From Amoebophrya sp. A120 (taxonomy: Eukaryota; Protista; Dinoflagellata): a DNA stretch of 64,000 nt. Below the pieces are notes generated by a model that did not search any database, was not told the origin of the DNA, and saw nothing but the letters and a program-made list of their open reading frames with translations. The translations under genes were made by a program, and so were the position numbers. Of the stretch, positions 11,101 to 22,969 are shown piece by piece; position 1 is the first letter of the stretch; every line of letters starts with the position of its first letter. The DNA lies in contig CAJINV010000015.1 in assembly GCA_905178155.1 (NCBI GenBank), positions 1,403,440-1,467,439 on the forward strand, read 5' to 3'.

Positions 11101-12966
11101 AACTCTCGGACTTCGGCGGCAAAATCGACATGGGAGTTAAAAATGTTGCGCACCGCCGCCGAGAGTGGCCGTACCCGATTCCGAAAAAGGCTGGCAAAGC
11201 GATTGCAGACATCGGGAACGAGTTTGTTACACGTCTGTTTCCTCACGAAGAGGGGGGTGCTCCGTGGCGTTGGATGAACGTTTTCGATTTGACGCTCGGT
11301 GATGCAGAAACAGGTTTCCGTTTGACTGAAAAGGCACGAGCTAAACTACAACAAGACGTGGCCACGGTTGTTCACGAATTTTGGGACTCGGGGGTACTCA
11401 CCTTGCACCCAAGCGTCCGGGCGCAGTACCATTCGGCGCCGATGGTCGACGCCGACCTATATTGTAAGGAAAAATCCCACCTCCCCATATCGAAAAGGTA
11501 TGTTTCCGAAAATTTCTGTTGCTGATTTGAGACCACAAATCACGTCTGTCTTGCAAGAAGGCAAGTGTAGAGGCTTCCGCGCCATTATGGAAGCGCTTTG
11601 GCATGCTGTTGCGCCTAGGGGGCAGCCGTTTGCAATGCTAAGCAACTAGACCCAAACGCCCCTACCTAGGCCGAAGATCTGGCTGCGCTGCCTTACTACA
11701 AGACAAATCGGATTTGTGTACGCAAATCCAGCATCATAAATTTCGTTTTGATATGGGGAGGGGGGATTTTTCACTGCAATAACCTAGTAGAGAAGATCTA
11801 CCGAGTCACCCCGGAGTTCGGAAAGGACGCTGGTGCGGCTTTTTCTGAAAAGCACAAAGTTGAGTTGCGCGTGCTTCGGGGTGGCACGGGATATCAAAAT
11901 TCTCGTTACTTCGAAATTCGGATTCAGTCGAAGGCGAATTGGGTCGTTCTTTCCGATAAAGATGGTGCCGGCGGTACTGGCAGCAGCAGCAGCAGCGCCC
12001 CTGCTGAGAAGTCGAAAGCGATTCCTAAGTACGCACTGGCTTTCCGGTTCCGCACCGGGTTTGACTCCGAGGGGCCGTTCATTTACATGGAGGACGTGTA
12101 TTTTGCGGCCAATCACGTCGTCAAGAAGGACGCTGCGCAGGCCTACCTGTTTCCCTACCATTACGCACTGGTGGAAGAAGATTTCCGTCCTCTGCGTCAC
12201 AGAAAAGGCGTGTCGCTGGTGGAGAGCGATGGAACGGTGTTTACTGCCGGATCTTTCTTTGGGAAGCCGGGGTATCAAATGCAAAAATGTCTGGGTCTGG
12301 AAGATTGCGAGACTTGGTGTCATGCTAGTCTAGCATGACTCTGCACTCTGTATTGCGTGGCCACCAACAGGTCGTCTTGCCTGTCATGCAAAAGCGCAGT
12401 CTCTCATGCGAAATACGCATCACAGAATTACGAAAAAACTTGTCATGCTTGGCGGCGCTGTTCTGGTCTTGCGGCCCTGTTCTGGATCGGGTTGGGACCC
12501 CGTGCGGCTGAAGGCTATCCAGAACCTTCTGCCTCTGCGCCTTTGTGTTTATTTTCTAGCTACTAATATTCGTATGACTTTTCGTTCGTGCAACTTCATG
12601 AGTAATTACGTCACATGATGATACGTTCGTAACCTTCTGCATTGCTCCTCCCTCGAGGTGCATAGCAAGGTAAATCCTTCTTCAACTCATAACTCTGACA
12701 AACATGTTTTTTCTCGTTTTCTATATTTTTCTACATGTTTATGCTAACGGAAATAAGATACTACTAGTACTATCGGCTTTCGTGCCACCGGGACGTCCTG
12801 CCCGTAGACCACCAATGTCATGCTTGGCGGCGCATTACAGAGCACTTTATTGTCCACGGACTTGCGTCACAAGTTTCCAGACCCAGACATTTTTGCAGTT
12901 GATACGGGGACAAACTTATTTGTGGGGTCGTTCAGTATGATATCGATTGGAAATCAAAGAACATGA
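8143..12966 (+). CDS. Hypothetical protein (~825 aa) with a disordered N-terminus, split by 7 introners; may extend to 13809
   Basis: Removing 7 elements plus DRs gives a 2478-nt open frame joining ORFs 8143, 10908 and 11748; the 3' end is uncertain. Confidence 0.7.
9416..9620. mobile_element. Degenerate introner
   Basis: tatgg...gata with a weak TIR; DR ggccc/cgcgc; removal restores TRAQIEAQL. Confidence 0.65.
9683..10086. mobile_element. Introner family A (diverged, with a nested insertion)
   Basis: Family A TIR; diverged DR tgacc/ccgcc; frame restored. Confidence 0.8.
10163..10310. mobile_element. Introner family D
   Basis: TIR ...tgcaaaagtatcgtactcgta/tacgagtgcgatacttttgca...; DR acaag. 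Confidence 0.9.
10357..10677. mobile_element. Introner family E
   Basis: TIR ...ggaaaaatcccccctccccatatc; DR gttcc. Confidence 0.9.
10760..11038. mobile_element. Introner family B
   Basis: Family B TIR; DR cgcga. Confidence 0.9.
11460..11781. mobile_element. Introner family E (inverted relative to 10357-10677)
   Basis: Family E TIR; DR accta. Confidence 0.9.
12273..12904. mobile_element. Introner family A with a nested 357-bp insertion
   Basis: Family A TIR; DR cgggg. Confidence 0.9.
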
Positions 12967-13300
12967 TGTTGTACTTCATCGATGTGTACTAGCTCACGGT
13001 AACTTCCTTTTGTTCTCGACGGAGGGCAAAAAGCTGTATCTGCATCCATATGAAAAATTCTAGCTGATCTGTTCAAATCAGCTGAAAAGCGCGAGGTGCT
13101 CACGCTCCTATCAGTTTTTTTGCATAAGCAGAGGAGACGGAACTCAGCCTGTACATAGGCCAAGTCTATCAGCAGGGCAAAACGATATTTTTTCACATCG
13201 TGAGTTGCAAAGTACTTAAAAAGAAAAACAGACGAGACTAGGATCAATATTACCAGATTTTTCATCGCACTTGGATGAAGGTTCTTTGCAATGTGGATAG

Positions 13301-13809
13301 GCGGAGCAATTGCAGACTCTGCAAGACAAGCAGCACGCGGGTTGGAAAATTCAGGACGTTATCAAGCTGGGAGATGATATTCATCCATTTCGAACCAAAT
13401 CGGAGAAACCCCTGATGGACTATCCGCCGGGGTTTGTGCAGGTCGATGTGACAACACTGGGTCATTCTCTTAAGCTATCCTGAGTAAAAACGTACCCACA
13501 CCAGAGTTGTCATGCAGATTTGCAATGACAGGAACATTTGTAATGCGCATCGCCAGGAGAGGCATTTCCAATCGTGTTTTGGAATTTGTGTTGCTGTGAA
13601 CAGGATGAGCCGATGAATCTGTGATGCGGCTGCACTTGCTAACCTGCACTACACTGCAGAGTGCAACTTGTCATGCGTGACTCACAAAGCTCCTAGGTTT
13701 GTGTTGCAAAATCCCCATCCTGACTCTGGTGTGGGTACGTTTTTACTCAGGATATAAGCACGTCTATTTCAAAACCGGATCACCGGCGGATGAGAGCTAT
13801 TCTGTATGA
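13301..13809 (+). CDS. Probable terminal coding exon(s), perhaps belonging to the 8143 gene
   Basis: Open frame AEQLQTLQDKQHAGWKIQD...GHSLK|HVYFKTGSPADESYSV* across element 13476-13754; upstream junction not resolved. Confidence 0.45.
13476..13754. mobile_element. Introner family B
   Basis: Near-perfect ~33-bp TIR tatcctgagtaaaaacgtacccacaccagagt; DR taagc. Confidence 0.92.
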
Positions 13810-14020
13810 ATCAGTTGAAGAGAACGAATAGACTCAACATTCTCTTTGGCACAAGTTTTGAAAGGGAATTTATTTACACATTCAATGAGTTGCTCATTGA
13901 TCAGGCGCAGTCTGTGACAGAGAGAGCTGCGCACCCCCCGAACTACTACGCTGATATATTTTATCTACAGTCTTGAGCTTGACCCCGCAGTTGGGTACAT
14001 CATCATCGTCATCAATTTAT

Positions 14021-14161
14021 TCAACTTTTTTGGTTTTCCGTTTCCTTGTTAGGCTTCAGTATGCAAGACCGGGATTTATGCATCATAGTAAAGACTCAAC
14101 TTTTTTTGGTTTCCGTTTCCTTGTTAGGTTTTCAGTATGCACGACAGGGATTTTTTGTATC
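14021..14161. repeat. Two-copy ~75-bp tandem duplication
   Basis: tcaactttt...ccgtttccttgttagg..tcagtatgca.gac.gggattt at 14021 and 14096. Confidence 0.75.
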
Positions 14162-15142
14162 GGTTCCACTGTCAACATCTATCGTGTAGGCGTTGATGAA
14201 CAATTATACGGGCGGCAGTAGTCGTCCGTGAAACGAAAGAACTTCCAGAAAATAAGCGTGAAATAAAATCCACATATAAAAAGTACAACATTTCGCACTC
14301 TTACACTTCCTGATCAAGCACCCGAAGATGAACATGGCACTTGCAGGAGTTCGTTGTACCGCTGGTCGATATAATTCCAGAACAATTTTGTAACTGCTAA
14401 CACGGGGTAAAATATCGCAAGACGAGCAGCACCTGTAGATCTGGGGTCGGATCGAGAGAACGAGCAAGGACGCATCAGATAAAGCGTTGAAAATAAATCT
14501 TGAGCGGCCACTACTTGTACTAGAGGGCCTCAAGAACAACTGCACCGAAGGAGCTGGTGCGCCAGCACCACTTCTGTGGTCATTCCTGTTCTACTTGTCC
14601 TTTTCGTACGTCGTGTTTTGGAACAAGATGATTAAGTTCCGTATTGTTCCATCATGCGAGGACCTTCTTGTCAATAAAGATCCTGTGCGGGGGCATAATG
14701 GAGATGATCTTGTGCTGCCCGCAGTAGAACTCCTGCTGTTGTTGTCCCGAAGACGACACAGAAGTTCGCTTTCCTCTGTGCGAGATCCTGCAAAAATCTT
14801 GTCTCGTTTGTTTCATAACTAGTACAACGTCGTCCCGCGAAGAGCAGCTCTCTTTTGATACACGACGCTTTTTATTTCGCGCGGTAGAAACAAATAGTAG
14901 TAGTACCGATTTTTAGCGTTTACTTCTGTAGAGTGTCAAGATAAATGATTTTCAAATCTTTCAAACAGGCGCACCTTTCTGTTCAGTCAAAAATGCTACG
15001 TGGCCGCCCACTTGTTCGGATACTTACGTGACCAGCAAGGTGACACCACGGTCCTTCTTGTCTGCGTGTGTGAAGCGAGTTGTTTTCTTCTCCACCGATG
15101 CGGAGCGAGTAACATTACCATAACAACCAGAAATTAGTAAAA

Positions 15143-18100
15143 ATGCTCGGCATTGTCTGTGTGACGGAATCTGCGTCGCACCCCGCCCGGGTGCTCTGCC
15201 GGTACCCACTGGACACGAACGTGGCGTATCAAATGCAAATATGACTGAGCCTGGAAGATTTCGAGATTTGTCATGCATCCCACAGACTACGCACACAGTC
15301 TGGAATGCACACAAAAGCATCACAGATTTTGCGAGACCTTCCTCATGACTGTTCCGCATGAGAAATTCCCCTTTTGCCTAGCAAGAATTGGGCAACTTTT
15401 GGCTTTCATGCAATACAGATTTTGTTGTGCTCGAGACTTAGCATGACAAGTTGCGATCTTCCAGACCCAGACATATTTGCAATGCATATGGCGCCTAATG
15501 CTGCCATTCCGATCGCGAAGAATGAGCAAACGGTTTTTGGTGTGCCGGAAAAGGAGTTCGCCAGGATGATGCTGCCCAGGGACATGAAGTTGCTCGATCG
15601 GCGTTTGGAGTTTGTCATGGATTACGCGCATCACCGAAAGTGCGCGAAAATCCGGGTGAGTAGCTACCCCAGGAACTGCCTGAATAATCCCGTGTTAACT
15701 ACAAGCGGGTGTACAACTTCTAACGCGATGAATACTGGTCGTTCAGCTGATAATTCATCTGGTTCCGCTTCGAGCAGTTCCAGTGAGGTGGTTCTCGCAG
15801 CGGTGGGAGGTGCTGGTGTTGCTGCAGGGTCTTCAAAAATCTTCGGAGATCATGATGTACATGTAGCGGTCGGGACTGCTGCGCCATCGTCAACATCGTC
15901 GACGCAACATCAACTATCGCAGGAGCCGAAAGGTGTCATCGGCGCTAGTACAACAGGTGGAAAGGCAAGCCAATCGATTGTACAAGCCACCGGGACCAGT
16001 AGTAGTACCTCAACCGCACCGCAACCACACGAGGGTCTACTTTTAGAAGCTGCTGCACCGGGCAGTATTTTTGTTCAAGCTGCCATGGAAAAAACCCGCA
16101 CGGTGGAGATTGAGGAGTTGAAAGTGAAAATTGACAAGAAGCAAGTGAAGGAACTGCAAGAAACCGAATTCCCGCTGCACCATATCCATGGCAAATATGT
16201 CTGGGTCTGGAAGAATGCAAGCTTTGTCATGCTTGTCTGGCATGACTGCAGAGTTTGTCATGCGTGTCCGAGAAGAGACTCTTTTACTTGTCATGCAGAA
16301 CGCAGTTTGTTATGTGGAAAGCGCAACAATAAGCCGCGCAAATATAATTTCTCATGCTTGGCTGTGCATTACAGAGAAATCACTATCCACATCTCAGCAT
16401 TACAAGTTTCCAGACCCAGACATATTTGCATTTGATACGCCACGAGTTTCAGCGGTTTGCGGAGAACGTTTTGGAGGACATTGACGGATCTATTTCTGGT
16501 GCGCTTGGAGCATCAAACAAGAGCAAGAACGTTTCATCTACTTCCCAAAGTGGTCTAATATCACGTGAAGAAAATAAACGGAAAAAAGAGGAGGAGTTAG
16601 CGCAGATAATAGATCCGAAGAACAAGGATAGCTTTTTCAGTGAAAACAGCCGGGGGAAGCTTTTCGAGAATTTGAAGGAGATGAACTCGGGCTTCGTGCC
16701 GGCGTCCGCTGAGAGATCAGCATCAGCATCGTCAGCTTCTAGCGGCGGACCAGTACTGGCTCGAAGCAAAACAGTGATGAGCAGACCTGCGGTGGGTGGT
16801 GCTGCTATCCCCTCCACGGCAAGAATTTCTTCGGTCATTGAAGAGCCCGGGGGCGCGCCGGATGAAGAGCTCGCTGAGACGGTGAATCACATCAAAGAGA
16901 ACGTTGATTCAGATGGGGATGAAGACGACGCTGCTGGTTTCTCGTCTTCACTCAGGCGCACGAAAACGGTGTTCAGCAGGCAGCCCGCGGCGATTGGCAC
17001 GGTAGTAGAGAACGTGAACATCGTATGCAATACAAATTTCCCGTACATGTACAAAGTGCATCACAAATTTTACCAATTTGGGGCGTGGCACTTGTCATGC
17101 TAAACTAGGATCGAAGCCCAGTTTTGTCATGCAGAGACCGCATTTGTACGTCTACTTTAACGGGAAAGTTACGGTGGATACATCGCTGCAACTACTTCAA
17201 ATGCTGCTACATCATCATCTTCCACGACCAAGCCCGACGTATCTACTACTTCCAATCACCCTGCTTTCCAAGGCCAGCACACGTCGGAAGTAGTAGAGAC
17301 TGGCGGTGGTCTTTGGCCTCATCCGAAAACGGATGACGTCGAGTCGGTTAAAATCAAGACTGGTGAGCATCAAACCGAAGAAGGCCCAACTGCAACTTTC
17401 TCCGCCGCGGTGTCTGTTTTGGATCAGACCTTTAACTTTACCGCGGAGCAGCTGAGTAGTGCGCCACCAACTACTACGCTAAGTAATCTGAAGGGAGGTC
17501 GTGGAACAACAACAGCCGAGCAGAAGTTTTCGCAGAATCATACTGGAATCACGGCGAGCAACCAAAATGTCGAAATATCGACCGGCCTTGTTTTGCCCAA
17601 GTCCGGCGAGGAATTGCTCTGTTTCAACGTGATTCTGGTCTCCAACAGTATCTACGCTGGGGTGTTGAACACCGAGTCTTTGTGGAAGATCAGCAGGAAA
17701 GTGTCGGAATTATTTCAGCGGTTCCCGATCTTGTTCCACACGGACATATTTCTGGAAAAGTTGTATCACTGCCTCGCGTATCAACTGTAAAAATGTCTGG
17801 GTCTGGAAACTTGTGATGCTGGGTGGCATATCATGAGGAGGCCACAATTGCTGGCTCAGCATGACAAGTTTTTGAGCTTCTAGGTGTTGCCTATTCTGCA
17901 TGACAAACTGCGTTTCTGCATGACAGCAAAGTGGGGCTCTTTGGTAATGTGCATGACAGATTTAAGAGTCATGCCAGACAAGCATGACAAACTTGCACTC
18001 TTCCAGACCCAGACATTTTTACATTTGATATCGCGTATTTCCCCGGCCGCGGGACGTCAGTCCCGATTTCTCCCTACATTGTGGACTCCTTGCTCATCGC

Positions 18101-21100
18101 GAATCCGCAGTATGGGTTGAAAATGAACGCAATAGTGGGGGCGGTGAACAGTAGCCGAGAAATCGACTATTGTGTTTTCGAGGACAATTATGTGGGAGGA
18201 AGTTCTTCAAGTTTGGTGAACCGAGAGGACCGACAGAGCAAAGAGGATATTAAGTTGGGGACCGAGCGACCAAGTGACAACATCACGTCGACCACGGGGG
18301 AAGAGAGAACAAGTTCTCCACAAAGAACTACGGGATCGGCAAAACTGGGTACGAATTTGGACAAAACTGTGACGTTCCAAAAGACGAGCTCAACACTCTC
18401 TAACCCCGCTGGAGGGGGTGCCACCGGTGGAGTAGAGGACAAGCTGCAGCACGCCGCGCGAACGGTTTCGGAGGACACATCGATACCGCATTCGTTGAAC
18501 CTGATCCCCTTCCTCGGCCAGGAATTCCACAGCAACGTGTTGCTGAATCGCAAAACGTATGTCGATTTATTCAAAAAAGCGCAAGAGAAGTTGAAGCGAA
18601 AACTGAAGCGGGAAAAGTTGCGAAAAATCGAGAAGGAGGAGAGGCAAAAAGCGTTGCTGGAGGAGAAATTGAAGCTGTCGCAAATCATCGAGAAGGAAAC
18701 AGAGAAAATAAAACGAATTTCCTCCCAGGATGCGCTCGACAAATTGGAAGACAAGTGGCCGAAGACGCTGACAGAGGTCAAATTAGAGGCGGAGGAGCTG
18801 GAGCGAAGTAATAAGACCGTGGCGGAAGCGTTGAGCTTGCTAGCCGCGCAGGGGGTGGAGGAGAAGAGAAGTAGGATAGATTCGGATAGATTTTCTACTT
18901 CTCGTTCCTCGTCCGACGTCGATAGTGATTTCTCCTCGACGTTTTCTTCTGTTCCCTCGGATTTCTCATCCGGGTCTTCTCCGTTTGGAGAAGAGGACTC
19001 CTCCTCTTCGTCTTCCGACGAAGACAAGGACGGCGAAAGCGCTCCTGCGAGGAAAATGACCCCTCTAGCAGCTGCCACCCATCGCCATCGGCCGAAGATG
19101 TTGAGGGGGGAAAAAAAGAAAAGCACCCAAGACCTCCGCCACGACCAACTTCGGGACCCCACGCCACCGAAGTACCGTGTGTCGCTGCAGCACGGAGTGG
19201 TGGTGAAGGCGAATAATAAGACGAACGAGATTTATATCTAACGAAAAAACGTTGTTAGTGTAAATGTGTGATGCGCAGCATTCAAAGTGATTGCGTCTGT
19301 CATGCTTGGCATGCATCGTAGGGCGCATTCAGCGGCGTTTTCCCGTACTATCTGCGCATGACAGGTTTTTGCTTTCATGCGAGAGATATTTGTCATGCTA
19401 ATCCTCCAAGAAAGTTACACCTACAATGTTTTTTTCTTGGATAATCTACGAGGCGAAGTATTTGATGTCATCTGAGCAGAAAAAAGACATCGACGACGTT
19501 TTGGTGCGGGCGCATAGGATGAAGAGGAAAGACATGATAACATACGTCGAAGAAAGCGAGAAACTGCTGCCAGAGAGCGTGCGTTTGGTTTCCGAGGATG
19601 CCGAGGATTTACCTGCTTACGAGCAGGAGGAGGACTACACCGTCGGACGAGAAGGCTACGCAGGCTGTTCTTCTACACAGCAGCCAGGAGCAGCATACCG
19701 ATATAACACTTTTCCTCCTGGTTATCGGAGCGTCGCTCATTACAAGAAGCAAATTGAGCTGCGATATGAACAGTTAGCAGCACAACAAGCAGCGGTCGCG
19801 GAGCACGAGTACCTTGGTGATGAGTTTCATCCGCGTCCGTTGACACCTTTAGGACCATCTTCTTCCACGGCACTTCTGCATAAACCAGCAGGAGACGAAG
19901 GCATTGCGACCCTCGACTTTGACACGCAAATAAAAGCAGGAAATGTGAGTACAAGCAGCACCGTCGATCGGCCCACTTCAAAGTCGCGGCATGTTGCAGC
20001 TGCTAGTAGTACAATCATAGATGACAACTACACGGGTCATGTAAATCGCCAATTTAATATTCGCGAACAACAACATTTTACAGCGAGCAGCTCGTCCACC
20101 TCGCCCCACCAGCAGATGGGCTACACGGAACCACCCATGACCCTCCCAATCCAACCGGCGGCTTTGGACGCGATCGTTTCCCCCGGCGGCAGCAGCCACT
20201 TCGATAAGACGCAGTTTTTTGAAGATAACCAGGTTCCACTCAACGACGGAGAGACGCCCGCTTTTGATCATTTTCAAGGAGCGATTGGTGCTCCTGGGGA
20301 GAAATCTACTTCGCAAGAAAATTCCAAGTCGGACACGATTCAGAGTAACAGCAAGTCGGACGCCAGTTCTACTTCGAAGTCCGTTTCTGGAGGAGTATCC
20401 ACGGCAAATATGTCTGGGTACTTATCCTGGAAATTTCTGATGCAGGTCGGTGAGTAATCAGCTCACTGCAATAGATTTTTGGTCCCCTGCGTGTTGCGTA
20501 TTTCGCATGGCAGGCTCGGTTTTTGCAGGACAGATAAGAGGATCTTTATCTCGCGCCTCAGCATCACAGAGTTAGTAGTCATGCCCGACAAGCATGACAA
20601 ATCTTGCAATCGTCCAGACCCAGACCTATTGGCAAGGCATAAGGAGACACCGTGCTCAAATCGCCAAACCTGGTTTTGACCCCGATGGAAACTACTATCA
20701 ACTGCAAATATGTCTTGGTCTGGAAGAGTGCGCGTTTGTCATGCTTGTCTGGCATGACTCTTAAATCTGTCATGCGCGTTTTTACTCAAGAGCCCCATTT
20801 TTGTGGCATGCAGAAACGCAGTCTGTCATGCAGAATAGGCAACACCTACAAGCTCAGAAACTTGTCATGCTGAGCCAGCACTTGCGGTCTCCTCATGATA
20901 CGCCCCCCCAGCATCACAAGTTTCCTGACCCAGACATATTTGCATTTGATAACTACAACGAGGAACCCATTTGGGGAAATTGGGGTCGCGGCGGCTGGAG
21001 CGTCGTCGTCGTCGTCGATTAATATAATTCCTCAGGATCAAGAAGAACAAGAGGAGAATTGTACCTCTACCGGTCCATTGCGAGAAGAACAGCAGGAAGT

Positions 21101-22595
21101 AGAACTTCTCTACCAAGAAAACGTCGAAATGAGCGACGAGAATGTGTATGACCTCGTTTATCAGGATGAATACGGAGATGAGTACATTTACCAAGAACTA
21201 CAAGAGGACGGCGAAGTGCTAGATCACACGGGCAGCTACATGAATTTCGACTCCGGTGAAACAGACACGACGATCTTCCCTGAAGGCCTAGAGGTTGCGG
21301 GAGCTGCCACGACCTATGGCAATGCCGTTTCATCTGAAGACTATCATCACCATGATGATCATTTTCTTGACCACGATGAAGCAGACAACGGATTCTATGA
21401 CAAAGTAGATGACCAAGAACAGCTTATTTCTCCAAGAGCGAAGACGCTGGATTACTGGGCCACGGTAAATCCGATGAAGATCAACACGAACAAAACCTCC
21501 ATCCCCCTCGCCGATTTCTACGTGAACAACGAAACGTTTGGCGTGATTTGCACGGAAGAGACAGAAAGGGCGTTTGCGGAGGAATTTGGGGGCAAGACAT
21601 TGTCGTTGTTGGAGATGCTGGCGGCCTTGTCTTGTGCGGACGAGGAAAGGTGGGCGGAATTGATTGATGAGGAGTTGTATGAGGAGCATTTGCTGGACAG
21701 AAACAAGAAATTATTCGGTATCGGGAGCGACGTGGTTGGTGGAATAAGTCAAGCAGAGAACAAGGAACACCGGCACCTCGTACTTGGCACCGGCGCTGAA
21801 GACGAGTTCCTCACGACTACGCGAGGAGAAAAAAGACAGAACACGAACCAGGCTGCTCGTGGTGAAGAAGAAAGTGACCATTCTAGCACCTCGAGTGACA
21901 CTAGTTCCGACGCGACGACGAGCGAAGTTGAGAACAACGGTGAAGATGGTGCCAGCCCGGATAGAAGAAGTGGACAAAAAATGTCAGTGGAGGACGGGGG
22001 AAAGAGTGGACAACAAGAAGCAGATAGGAGCGTTTATTCTTCTAGCGGGATGATGAAAACGAAAACCACAACCAGTAGCACAAAACAAGGAAGCAAGAAA
22101 TTACAATCAAGTCCGACGCACCACAACACGGAGGAAAGGACTTTGTTAGAGCGGCGCATCGTTCGGTGGCTGTACCAGCGGAAGATCATAAAGTGCTACA
22201 GAAACGCGCGGCTGGACCTGTCGCAGTACGGGGTATCCAGTGCAAATATGCCTGGGTCTGGACGAATGCAAGTTTGTCATGCTTGTCTCACATGCCCCTC
22301 AAATCTGTAATGCAGGAGCAGGGAAATAAAAGTCTAGTAAGCAGTGCCTGTCATGGAAAAATGCAGTTTGCCATGCGCAAAGCGAAACACATAAAATCTC
22401 AGAAACTTGTCATGCGTAGCTGCGTATTGCAATGTGTCCACCATTCACAAACTCGCATCACAAGTTTCCAGACCCAGTCATGCTTGCATTTGATACGGGG
22501 GCATGTTTGACTATTTCGACGAGGAGAAGCACATCTGGGAAAATTTGATCCCGTTCACCTGCGAAGGCTTTTTCGAGGAAACCAGGGGCGGGTGA
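15143..22595 (+). CDS. NPRL3/Npr3-like GATOR1 subunit, expanded with low-complexity inserts (~1837 aa, 9 exons)
   Basis: Removing 8 elements plus DRs gives a 5514-nt frame. Longin-like N-terminus MLGIVCVTES...VLCRYP...VFGVPEKEFARMMLP...RLEFVMD, then LLCFNVILV...LWKISRKVS and C-terminal RRIVRWLYQRKII, resemble Npr3 blocks in order (recognised by eye, no search run). Confidence 0.65.
15227..15488. mobile_element. Introner family A
   Basis: Family A TIR; DR tggcg. Confidence 0.9.
16183..16437. mobile_element. Introner family A
   Basis: Family A TIR; DR cacca/cgcca. Confidence 0.9.
17024..17180. mobile_element. Introner family F
   Basis: tatgc...tttcccgt/acgggaaa...ggata; DR catcg; frame restored. 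Confidence 0.8.
17779..18030. mobile_element. Introner family A
   Basis: Family A TIR; DR tcgcg. Confidence 0.9.
19235..19443. mobile_element. Introner family G-like
   Basis: TIR tatctaacgaaaaaacgttgttagtgtaa/ttacacctacaatgtttttttcttggata; DR attta/atcta. Confidence 0.85.
20396..20641. mobile_element. Introner family A
   Basis: Family A TIR; DR aggag. Confidence 0.88.
20696..20951. mobile_element. Introner family A (inverted relative to 17779-18030)
   Basis: Family A TIR; DR actac. Confidence 0.9.
22234..22495. mobile_element. Introner family A
   Basis: Family A TIR; DR cgggg. Confidence 0.9.
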
Positions 22596-22969
22596 GGGGA
22601 GGTGGTGTGGTGGTGTGAGGAGTTGGGTGAGGTCGTTGGGTGAGGAGTTTAGTTAGTAGTTTTAACTCTTTATTGGAAATTGTAAGAGTGAACCAATTGC
22701 TATTGCTGTTGAATTGAACCCGTCAGCAAAGTTTGTCGGATTTGTGAACAACAGCACAGGATGCCGTGACAGCCACTGTGTCGCCGACTGGGAACGTCGT
22801 TAGTGACGTTGTGAACTGCAAGGATAGTCCTGCTTTTAAGAGATGAAATAATAGGGCGAAAGCTGGAACAGAAACAACAAGGCCAGCCACCCTGCTACTT
22901 AGGCCGTGAAGAAAGACAAATGCCAGAGTGTTCCCTCGGTCTATGCGGACATAAGTATGTGCTGCTGGC

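Noticed and set aside
18188-19162. 324-aa minus-strand ORF and similar antisense ORFs
   Set aside because: Shadow frames of low-complexity + strand exons
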